A stretch of 46,342 bases of DNA, from the NCBI GenBank assembly GCA_040260805.1, contig JBDQPD010000012.1, forward strand, positions 1 to 46,342, read 5' to 3'. The translations under genes were made by a program, and so were the position numbers. Each line of letters begins with the position of its first letter. Position 1 is the first letter of the stretch. The DNA is from Myxococcota bacterium. GTDB lineage: Bacteria > Myxococcota > UBA4151. Positions 38,467 to 46,342 of the stretch are shown here, one piece after another. The notes under the pieces are model-generated. The model did no database searches. It was given only the letters and a program-made list of their open reading frames with translations, and was not told where the DNA came from.

Positions 38467-40314
38467 ATGGACTCTCGCGCCTCAAAGCTTCAAACCACCA
38501 TCGAGCTCGTGACGGGCGCGGCGCTGATCGCGCTGTGTTTGCAGCTTACGATCTACGCACGGCATCTGGCTTGGGACAGCACCCGCTTGGCTCAAAGCGG
38601 TGACAAAATCTTAGCGTACGCCTCTGTGTTTTGGCTCGCTATGCTGCCGGTCGCAGCTTGGATTCGTCATCGGCTAAGCGACCACTTTCGCAAGCTTTTA
38701 CCTTGGCTAACCGGCGCCATCATCTTGGCTTTGGTGGCTCCTGAGGGGCGCTTCGCCACCTTACTCGCGCTGGGGTATCTCGGGGCCGTCGGCTTAGAGC
38801 CAGCGCTGGATCGATTGAGCCTCAAAGCGCGGGCGGTGCCGTGGGCTGTGTTTACTCTTTTTGTGGGGACGGCGCTCGCTAGCGTTTTGCACCGCCATCA
38901 GCGTTTCGGCAGCGGCGCATGGGACCTGGGCTGCTTTACGCATTCGAGCTGGCTCGCCAGCCGGTTTGAGCCATTGCAAAGCACCTTACTGCACGACCAA
39001 GGCGTTCACGTCTTGGGCGACCACTTCTATCCGGTCATTATGCTGCTCTCGCCCATCCACTGGCTCGGACTCGGCGCCGTCGGCATGCTGGTCGCTCAGA
39101 TTCTGATCACAGGAGCCGTCGCCTTTCCTTTTTATCGCTTCGTGGCGCGACGAGTTGAACACCCGGTTCTACAGTTTGCTTTGGTGTTTGCGTTGCTCTT
39201 TAGCTTTGCGTTTCAAAGCGCAGTCTACTTTGACTTTCATGCCCAGACGCTCGCCCTATGGCCCCTGATGGAGGCGGTCGATCGCCTGGACGAGAAGCGA
39301 TTCAAGGCGATGTTACCGTGGTTGGCTCTCGCCTGGTTTTGTAAGGAAAGTATGCCGCTTTATGTGGCAGCATTTGGCGCTTATATGGTGCTGTTCGAGC
39401 CCGAGGCGCGCAAGCTCGGCGCTGCGATTGCGGTCGGGGGCGTGGCGGGTTTGTTGGTGACGGTGGGGTGGCTGCAGCCCAAGCTTTTGGCGGGTGGGCC
39501 GCAAGGCATGATCCACGCGGCCAACTACGAAGCCTTCGGCAAGAGTTTACCCGATGCTGTTGTAGGCATGGCAAAGAACCCGCTGCGCACGGTGCTGGTC
39601 GCCTTATCGCCGATCGAAAAGCGAATGGCGATCTTAACCACCTGGGTAGGAGCCGGTTTACTGGCGATCTGGCGTCCGCGGTATCTCGTGCTGGCGCTGC
39701 CGACCCTGGTCGAGCGATTTTTGAGTTCAAAGCAGCAGATGTGGGAGATGGGTTATCACTATGCGGCGCCCTTGACCCTTTATGTCGCGGTGGCGGCGGT
39801 TGATGCCGTGCCTCGATTTATGGGTCACCCTTCGCGCTGGGCGTGGCGACTACAGCGTCCAGCGGTTCTAGCCGGCGCGGTGCTGCTTTTGTGCGTGTTG
39901 GTGAATGGTTTTGGGTACCGCCATCAGAGCAACTTTATGACCTGGAATCACGACTATTTTCTCAGCCCGGCTGAAGCCGCCGCTGCGCGTAAGATGGTCG
40001 CTCAAGTTCCCGCTGGAGCCAGCGTCGAGGCGACCAACCACGTTTTGGCTCATCTCTCCGACCGCAAGGACGCTCGTTTCTTGAAACGGTCGCCCGCTTC
40101 AGAGGCGCTTGCGTTTAGTCTGGGTCAAGACGACTGGAAACCCAATCGTGGCAACGTCCGACCGCAAAATTATAAGAAACTGGTCCGTCGGTTGATCGCT
40201 GAGAAGGAGTACCGACTGGTGTTCTCGGAAGGGCTAGCGCTGTTGTTCTTGCGCGGCGGAGCGGATCAACCTCAGGCGAGCCCAAGCAAAGAGCTTGTGG
40301 AGTTTCTCAGGTGA
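38467..40314 (+). CDS. DUF2079-family integral membrane protein (predicted GT-C fold)
   Basis: WDLG.F, LGDHFYP, FDFH, KE, YHYAAP patterns and many TM helices. Confidence 0.78.
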   Translation: MDSRASKLQTTIELVTGAALIALCLQLTIYARHLAWDSTRLAQSGDKILAYASVFWLAMLPVAAWIRHRLSDHFRKLLPWLTGAIILALVAPEGRFATLLALGYLGAVGLEPALDRLSLKARAVPWAVFTLFVGTALASVLHRHQRFGSGAWDLGCFTHSSWLASRFEPLQSTLLHDQGVHVLGDHFYPVIMLLSPIHWLGLGAVGMLVAQILITGAVAFPFYRFVARRVEHPVLQFALVFALLFSFAFQSAVYFDFHAQTLALWPLMEAVDRLDEKRFKAMLPWLALAWFCKESMPLYVAAFGAYMVLFEPEARKLGAAIAVGGVAGLLVTVGWLQPKLLAGGPQGMIHAANYEAFGKSLPDAVVGMAKNPLRTVLVALSPIEKRMAILTTWVGAGLLAIWRPRYLVLALPTLVERFLSSKQQMWEMGYHYAAPLTLYVAVAAVDAVPRFMGHPSRWAWRLQRPAVLAGAVLLLCVLVNGFGYRHQSNFMTWNHDYFLSPAEAAAARKMVAQVPAGASVEATNHVLAHLSDRKDARFLKRSPASEALAFSLGQDDWKPNRGNVRPQNYKKLVRRLIAEKEYRLVFSEGLALLFLRGGADQPQASPSKELVEFLR

Positions 40315-42011
40315 TTGAACGTCTACTGACATGGTGCGACGAGCATCCCTACAAAGCGGCTGCGTTGACTGGCTTGATCTTAGCATTTTGCCACCCCTTT
40401 GTGTGGCCTGGATCGGGCGGCCCGCCGCTGTTTCCTGTGGTGGGTGCGACCGTAGCTTGGGTCGCTTTAGTTCCGCTTTTGCGGACCATCGAGTCGGTGC
40501 ACCGCAAACGCGATTTGATCGCGGTCGCCTACTTGAGTTTTGGCATTCAGCTGGCGGTGAGCATCTATTGGCTCGATGTTCCGATCAATCGATTCGGCGG
40601 TCTGCCTCATATCGTTGCGGTCTTGGCGATCGTCGCCATCGCCCTGATCACCGGCTCTTATCTAGCGCTCGGCTTTGTGGCGGCGCGCTGGACCGCTAAC
40701 GCCCTGAACTGGCCGATGCGCTGGGTGTTACCCTTCTTTTGGTTGAGCACCGATTTTGTCCGCGGTGCCTGGATTTATGGTTATCCGTTTAGCGGTTTTC
40801 CTTGGGCTCATCTCTCGGCGACTCAGGTGGAGCATCCGCTCACTCGTCAGCTGGCTGCGATCGCCGGGATCGACGGTATCGGTCTGTGGCTTTTTGCCCT
40901 CAACGCAGCCGTACTCACGCTCCTTGAGGCGACCAACCGGCGCCGGCCTGCGGTTGCGATTTTAGCGTTGGTCATCCCGGCGCTAGTTTGGGGGGTAGCT
41001 TGGCGTCACCGGGTCACGTCGGAGTTGGCGAATGCGCGCACGATCCGCATGGGAATCGTCCAGGGTAACTTGAGCCAGGACATCAAGAATCAGATCGGCA
41101 ACAGGCGAGACTATATGCTCGGCATTCAGAGGCGTCTGACGCGCAAACTTGCGCAAGAAAAGCCCGACATCATTATGTGGTCTGAGGTCACGTACCCGAC
41201 GCTCGTTCAAAGAGACCAACCCAAGCTGACGCTCGCAAGCCTTGGCTACAGCGACAAGGCGCCTGCTCCCCCGGTTTCCCTGATCGGAGCCTCTGTGTAC
41301 TGGATGAAGTCCGAGGGAGCGTGCGCTCAAGACCAAGATTGTCATCGCGGCGCGCGCTGCCGTGAGGGGCGCTGTCTTGGCTACAATCTGCACAATTCGA
41401 TGCTTGTTTTGGACGAGAAGATGGAGCTGTTGGGACGAAGTGATAAGCACAATCTGGTGCCCTTTGGCGAGTATGTACCCGGAGAGTCTTTGCTTGGCTT
41501 ACTCGGGATTAGGCAGCTGGTCCCGGTAGCGGGACGGATGCGACCTGCCGAGCAGGTTGCGCCAGTCAAAACGCCCGTAGCTACGATTGGCGGCTTGATC
41601 TGTTACGAGGGTGTATTCGCAAGCATTCCACTCCGCTTACGTCTCCAGGGAGCGGACCTCTTAGTGAACCCGACCAACGACACATGGTACGGCAGAACCT
41701 CGGGACCGTGGCAGCATTTAGCCTTTTATCGATTCCGAGCCGTGGAGACCGGTTTGAGCGTCGCACGATCAGCAAACAGCGGCGTCTCCGGTTGGTTTGA
41801 TCCGGCTGGCCGTGAATACGACCTGACCCAACTCGACACCGAAGACGCCACCATCTCCACGATCCCTTTGCCGGTCATTGACACCCCTTGGGTGGTCACA
41901 CGCGGGATCCCTGGGGTGATCATTTTGTTGGTGGCGCCGGTCTTGCTCATCTGGGGTGGGCTCCGCCGTAAACGCTATGCTAGCCAGGAGCGGGTCAAGG
42001 AGGTTGCATGA
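40311..42011 (+). CDS. lnt: Apolipoprotein N-acyltransferase
   Basis: GFPW, VQGN, catalytic E (WSE), K (KHNLVPFGEY), C (ICYE), TND.WYG, RAVE, ANSG.S. Confidence 0.95.
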   Translation: MIERLLTWCDEHPYKAAALTGLILAFCHPFVWPGSGGPPLFPVVGATVAWVALVPLLRTIESVHRKRDLIAVAYLSFGIQLAVSIYWLDVPINRFGGLPHIVAVLAIVAIALITGSYLALGFVAARWTANALNWPMRWVLPFFWLSTDFVRGAWIYGYPFSGFPWAHLSATQVEHPLTRQLAAIAGIDGIGLWLFALNAAVLTLLEATNRRRPAVAILALVIPALVWGVAWRHRVTSELANARTIRMGIVQGNLSQDIKNQIGNRRDYMLGIQRRLTRKLAQEKPDIIMWSEVTYPTLVQRDQPKLTLASLGYSDKAPAPPVSLIGASVYWMKSEGACAQDQDCHRGARCREGRCLGYNLHNSMLVLDEKMELLGRSDKHNLVPFGEYVPGESLLGLLGIRQLVPVAGRMRPAEQVAPVKTPVATIGGLICYEGVFASIPLRLRLQGADLLVNPTNDTWYGRTSGPWQHLAFYRFRAVETGLSVARSANSGVSGWFDPAGREYDLTQLDTEDATISTIPLPVIDTPWVVTRGIPGVIILLVAPVLLIWGGLRRKRYASQERVKEVA

Positions 42012-43105
42012 GTGAGCGAACTGATCGAGGCGATGGGCTCAATAAACGCCTAGGCGCTTTGGTGTCTGCCGCTGACCTGCCTTGGAAGCGAGAGCGTTTG
42101 ATGATGCTCGACGCCCAGATCTCAGAACCTAGTTTTTGGGACGATCCGCAGGCGGCAGCAAAGCTCAACCAAGAGCGCACCCGAGTCGATGAAGAGATCC
42201 AGAGCTTGGATGGTTTAGTCGGTGGATTAAACGACACCCTCGAGCTGCTTGAGATGGCTGAAGAGGAAGGTTCCGCAGACGATCTCGCCGCGATTGATGA
42301 AGAGTTAGCGGGTATCGAGCGCACCATCTCGGGGATGGAGTTTGAACGGATGCTCAGCGGCGAGCACGATTCGGCGTCCGCTTATGTTCAGATCAAGCCT
42401 GGAGCAGGCGGCACGGAGTCTATGGATTGGGCGGGGATGCTGTACCGGATGGTGAACCGTTACGCAGAGCGCAAAGGCTGGCGTTTGTCGGTCCTTGAGT
42501 TTCAAGAGGGAGAGGAAGCGGGCGTCCAAAGCGCAACGGTTCAGATCGATGGCGAGTTTGCCTACGGTCACCTCAAATCGGAAACCGGCGTGCACCGGTT
42601 GGTTCGCATTAGTCCGTTTGATTCAAACGCCCGCCGCCACACCTCTTTTGCGGCGATTTCGGTCACGCCTCAAATCGATGATTCGATCGCCGTTGATATT
42701 AATGATTCGGATCTACGCGTCGACACTTATCGCTCAAGCGGCGCCGGCGGACAGCACGTGAACAAAACCGACTCGGCGGTGCGGCTAACCCATATCCCAA
42801 CCGGCGTGGTGGTCGCCTGTCAGCAAGAACGCAGCCAGCACAAGAACCGAGCCACCGCGATGAAGATGCTCTCGGCGAAGCTGTATGCGCTCGAAGAAGA
42901 AAAGCAGCGCGCACAAGCCGATGCGATCGCGGGAGATAAAGGCGAAATTAACTTTGGATCGCAGATTCGAAGCTATGTTTTACAGCCTTATCAGATGGTT
43001 AAGGATTTGCGGACAGGTCACGAAGTGGGTCAGCCACAGGCTGTTCTTGATGGAGATCTCGATGGGTTTATCGAAGCGTATTTATTGCATCAGGCGAACG
43101 CCTAA
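42008..43105 (+). CDS. prfB: Peptide chain release factor 2, continuous ORF with no programmed frameshift
   Basis: SPF specificity motif (RISPFD), GGQ, FGSQIRSYV; 365 aa in one frame. Confidence 0.96.
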   Translation: MSERTDRGDGLNKRLGALVSAADLPWKRERLMMLDAQISEPSFWDDPQAAAKLNQERTRVDEEIQSLDGLVGGLNDTLELLEMAEEEGSADDLAAIDEELAGIERTISGMEFERMLSGEHDSASAYVQIKPGAGGTESMDWAGMLYRMVNRYAERKGWRLSVLEFQEGEEAGVQSATVQIDGEFAYGHLKSETGVHRLVRISPFDSNARRHTSFAAISVTPQIDDSIAVDINDSDLRVDTYRSSGAGGQHVNKTDSAVRLTHIPTGVVVACQQERSQHKNRATAMKMLSAKLYALEEEKQRAQADAIAGDKGEINFGSQIRSYVLQPYQMVKDLRTGHEVGQPQAVLDGDLDGFIEAYLLHQANA

Positions 43106-43784
43106 GGCGGTCTTTGATCAGCTTGGTGTCGTCTTCGTTCTGCTCTCAAGTATCGGCTGCGTCGTGCATTCGGGGCCCATGCTTGGCGGCGCCTCGAGCA
43201 TCGTGGTCAACCCGAACTGGACGGCAGCTGAGCGCCGCGATGTTTTGGATAAGCGGACGCTTGAACCCTCGGTGATCGTCAAAAGGAGGGTCGTCAGGAG
43301 CGGTAATCGCTCTCAGGTCCGGCGCGAGTATGATCACACGGCGCTTAAGCAAGGCGGCGGTTTGGATTACACCTTGGCTGATTACTTGCCGGTACTCCAA
43401 GCTGAGGGGATCGCAACCGATATTGAGAACCCTAGACCTTACCAGGTCGCTGCGGTTGAGAAGCGCTGGAAATGGGGTTTGGGTTCGAGCCTTCTCGGGC
43501 TCGGTTTCGCAACCGGTGCGCACTTGATGGACTTGGAAGAGGAGACCTTGGTCATGACGGACACCGTTGCGGTGGTCGTGATCCTGGTCGGACAGCTGAT
43601 CGGATGGAGTGAGGCGATGACTGTGAGCCTGCCGGCCAGGGAGGCAGCGAGGAAAGCAGCGGCTAGACGCTCTGGCTGGGCAAACCAGTTCAACTCGAAA
43701 ATGGTTAAAAAAATGCAGCTCACAGAGCCCGTAAAAGACAAGAAAAAACAGAATGATATAATTTTTTCTCCGGTAAAAAATTAG
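43062..43784 (+). CDS. Hypothetical membrane/lipoprotein
   Basis: GGAG-preceded ATG inside the prfB 3' end, hydrophobic stretch and SIGC lipobox-like site, two later TM segments. Start uncertain. Confidence 0.55.
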   Translation: MGLSKRIYCIRRTPKAVFDQLGVVFVLLSSIGCVVHSGPMLGGASSIVVNPNWTAAERRDVLDKRTLEPSVIVKRRVVRSGNRSQVRREYDHTALKQGGGLDYTLADYLPVLQAEGIATDIENPRPYQVAAVEKRWKWGLGSSLLGLGFATGAHLMDLEEETLVMTDTVAVVVILVGQLIGWSEAMTVSLPAREAARKAAARRSGWANQFNSKMVKKMQLTEPVKDKKKQNDIIFSPVKN

Positions 43785-43898
43785 GTCCTAGTCCTCGCGG
43801 CCACTCGGAAAATATCTTTGCCGGGTATCCGCGTTTCGTCCGACCCCTGCATGCGTGCTAAGGTAGGTTAGGCTAGGGAGCGACAAGGGAGATTGCCG

Positions 43899-45191
43899 AT
43901 GCGTACAACCTGTGTGGTGTTGATGTTGGGCCTGACCGCCGGCTGCGGAAGCGAGCCGTCTGCGGAGCTGATGAGCTTAGCCTCTCCCGAAGAGCTGGCT
44001 CAAATCCGCAACGGGTCGAACGATCGAGAGCGACGCGGGGTCGTAGGTTTAGCGATGTTGACGGGCGGTGGGAGCGGCGCGTGCACAGGCTCGCTGATCG
44101 CAGAGAACGTCGTGCTCACCGCAAGACACTGCATCGCCGATTTAGGAAACGCTGACCGAGGCGTGCGCTGCAACAGCACCACCGCTGAGGCTTCGTTTCG
44201 CCCCGACCAAGTCTACATCACGCTGGAGCCGGCGCTTAGCCAGAGTCCGGGCGACTACATCAGCGTCGAGCGGATCGTGACACCTACCGATCGATTGCTC
44301 TGCAACACGGACATCGCTCTGCTCAAGCTGAGCCGAAAAGTTCGTCCGAACGAGATGCCCCTCTTGGTCCCTCGCGTGGACCAAGGGGTTCGTGAGAACG
44401 AGCGCTTCACGATCATTGGCTATGGCGGAACGGATGATGCGGGCAACGGTGCGGGAACGCGCCGGATTCGCAACGACATCACCGTGACGTGCTCCGAAGG
44501 CGAATGCCCACGTTGGTCCGCTCGTGACCGTGAATGGGGCGGCGGCGGCGGCGTCTGCAAAGGCGACTCGGGTGGACCCGCCATTGACGAGCAAGGGCGC
44601 GTGATCGGCGTGGCGTCTCGTGGCGGTCAAAACTGCAGCAGCTCCATTTATTCGTCGGTTGCTGGCTGGGGTGAATGGATTATTGACCACACCATCCGCT
44701 TTACCCGTGAAGAGAACTTTGAGGTCCCGCTCTGGGCTGACGGATGGCCGACCGATCCTGCTTACAACGCCCGAACGGGTGATTTCTGCAGCGGGGACCG
44801 AGAATGTGGTTACGGACGTTGCATCGACGGTTATTGCACCCGCAAGTGCGATAACGATGACCAGTGCCCACTGAGCTACGACTGCCACAACAACTGGTGC
44901 ATGAAGATCCCTCAGCCCATCGGCGCCGAGTGCGACATGGACATCGAATGCGAATCAGAAGCCTGCGCTGACGAGCGTTGCGTCCAATACTGCGAGACCA
45001 ACCAGCAATGCCCCGCTGGGTACGGATGCGATCCGACAGGGCGTTGCCTCGAAGGTTTTGCGGCGGGTGGGGGTAATGACTCGGATGGGTCGGACGTGAG
45101 CGTTCCATCTCCCTTTGGCTGCTCGACGGGTGCCGCCGAGCTTTGGCTTCTTCCCATGCTCGCTGGCGTGCGACGCCGTCGACGCCGTTAG
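43899..45191 (+). CDS. Trypsin-like (S1) serine protease with Cys-rich repeats and MYXO-CTERM-like tail
   Basis: Triad TARHC / DIALL / GDSGGP; lipobox TAGC; four 4-Cys modules; C-terminal GC...hydrophobic...RRRRRR. Confidence 0.9.
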   Translation: MRTTCVVLMLGLTAGCGSEPSAELMSLASPEELAQIRNGSNDRERRGVVGLAMLTGGGSGACTGSLIAENVVLTARHCIADLGNADRGVRCNSTTAEASFRPDQVYITLEPALSQSPGDYISVERIVTPTDRLLCNTDIALLKLSRKVRPNEMPLLVPRVDQGVRENERFTIIGYGGTDDAGNGAGTRRIRNDITVTCSEGECPRWSARDREWGGGGGVCKGDSGGPAIDEQGRVIGVASRGGQNCSSSIYSSVAGWGEWIIDHTIRFTREENFEVPLWADGWPTDPAYNARTGDFCSGDRECGYGRCIDGYCTRKCDNDDQCPLSYDCHNNWCMKIPQPIGAECDMDIECESEACADERCVQYCETNQQCPAGYGCDPTGRCLEGFAAGGGNDSDGSDVSVPSPFGCSTGAAELWLLPMLAGVRRRRRR

Positions 45192-45206
45192 GCTCGCCTC
45201 GCTCGC

Positions 45207-45914
45207 GTGGTCACGACCTCGTCGCTTTATGTTTGTTCTGATGATCGCTTGGCAGGATTTTGCCGTGACGGCTTGAGCGCCGGAGAGCTCGAACGCGCCG
45301 AGCGCTACGCTTCGACTGAGGACACAAACCGGTTCGTTTTAGGCCGCTCGCTGCTCAACTATGCTCTGAGGCAGCATCTACCGGGCGCGCCACCAGCGTC
45401 CTTGCAGATCGCCACGACCGACAAAGGAAAGCCCTACCTCAAAGCGCCCTTTGACCGGGTCGCCATCTCCATCAGCCATACCTCTGGATTGGTGGCGGTA
45501 TGCGTCAGCGATGGGAAAGCTTGCGGCGTGGACCTTGAATCCCTTGATCGAGTGATCGGTGTCGAAGGGCTGAGCGCTCGCTATCTATCGCTCGCTGAGC
45601 AAGAGTGGCTTCAAGCGCATAAGCCAGCCGAGCGACGCCACGCATTTTTGAAAATCTGGACCCTCAAAGAAGCCTACCTTAAAGCCCTTGGCTTGGGGAT
45701 TTCAGCCCCCTTGAGCGCGCTGACCTTTTCTTGGGGTGAGTCGATCCGACTTGAATGCGCTGAACCGGCGATGCAAGCCCTTGATCACTGGGTCTTTGAC
45801 CAAAGGATCTTACCAAGCGGTCATCTCCTAGCGGTGGCTCTAGAGGGTCCTTGTTCTGAGCTTGAGCTCATCGAGGTCACGCTCGGTGATGACGATTTTA
45901 GTGCCAAGCATTAA
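45207..45914 (+). CDS. Sfp-type 4'-phosphopantetheinyl transferase
   Basis: GKP, SISHT, GVDLE, WTLKEAYLKALG.G. Confidence 0.93.
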   Translation: MVTTSSLYVCSDDRLAGFCRDGLSAGELERAERYASTEDTNRFVLGRSLLNYALRQHLPGAPPASLQIATTDKGKPYLKAPFDRVAISISHTSGLVAVCVSDGKACGVDLESLDRVIGVEGLSARYLSLAEQEWLQAHKPAERRHAFLKIWTLKEAYLKALGLGISAPLSALTFSWGESIRLECAEPAMQALDHWVFDQRILPSGHLLAVALEGPCSELELIEVTLGDDDFSAKH

Positions 45915-45918
45915 AGAC

Positions 45919-45944
45919 AAAAGGACCACCGAAGTGATCCTTTC
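45919..45944. terminator. Possible bidirectional terminator between convergent genes
   Basis: AAAGGA-C-CAC-CGAA-GTG-A-TCCTTT imperfect hairpin. Confidence 0.4.
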
Positions 45945-45968
45945 ATCCTCCTGCTGCAACAGGTTCCA

Positions 45969-46342
45969 CTAGGGGATGGCGAGACGCATTTGGTAGGCAC
46001 CGGTGGCGGTGTCCGAGAAGCCGCGAACCGAGAAGGCATAGACCTGACCAGCGACCAGATCCTGCTCGATGCGGCAGTTCAAGCCTTCGCCGCCGTCATC
46101 GTTGGTGGCGAGCTCATTGGCGTCGGCATCGAGCAAACGGCAGATGGTGTCTAGAGCACCTGAGGTCTCAAGGCGGTACGGCCCGTTGCGGGTCGCCCGG
46201 AAGCGAACCACGTCGACGTCGCCGCCTTGCTCTAAGTTACCGGCGAGCTCAACATTGTCCGAGACAAAGTTCGCTGCCGCCACGTCGTTGCCGTGATCGT
46301 CTTGGTTTTCGCCTGGAGGCGCTGCGACCAAAGCGTAGGTGC
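45969..46342 (-). CDS. C-terminal PPC (pre-peptidase C-terminal)-like domain of a secreted protein, truncated by the window edge
   Basis: DDHGN, GDVDVVRF, LDT..RLLD, NDDGGEG.N, GAY; frame stays open to the window end. Confidence 0.75.
   Translation of the reverse strand, partial: TYALVAAPPGENQDDHGNDVAAANFVSDNVELAGNLEQGGDVDVVRFRATRNGPYRLETSGALDTICRLLDADANELATNDDGGEGLNCRIEQDLVAGQVYAFSVRGFSDTATGAYQMRLAIP

Overview
GC-rich bacterial chromosomal segment. Protein styles (Cys-rich lipoproteins, MYXO-CTERM-like tail, split atp operon, lnt-prfB, Myxococcus-type LexA boxes) point to a Myxococcota/deltaproteobacterial lineage; this is inference. In order: DAG-kinase family gene, RluA synthase, a translationally coupled moxR-DUF58-bat (VWA/TPR) operon running into bamD and an FHA gene, tRNA-Gln, prs-rplY-pth, a K+-dependent Na+-type membrane pyrophosphatase, rpsF-rpsR-rplI, atp b'/b/delta/alpha/gamma/beta/epsilon, several envelope genes, an isolated rplC next to rlmE, an ABC transporter, rfbC, lexA, DUF2079-lnt-prfB, a trypsin-like protease, an Sfp-type PPTase and a truncated PPC-domain gene. 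No mobile element or CRISPR array was seen. Most notable: (1) a degenerate protein resembling archaeal/eukaryotic diphthine synthase (Dph5), coupled to a metallophosphoesterase near rlmE and rplC; (2) an FHA gene interrupted by one in-frame TAG; (3) rplC outside the S10 operon; (4) prfB without its +1 frameshift cassette; (5) a D-[AGS]-G motif concentrated in linkers of exported proteins; (6) a 4-Cys module inserted into Lnt; (7) a repeat-expanded acidic tail on S6. All family calls come from visual motif recognition; no database search was run.
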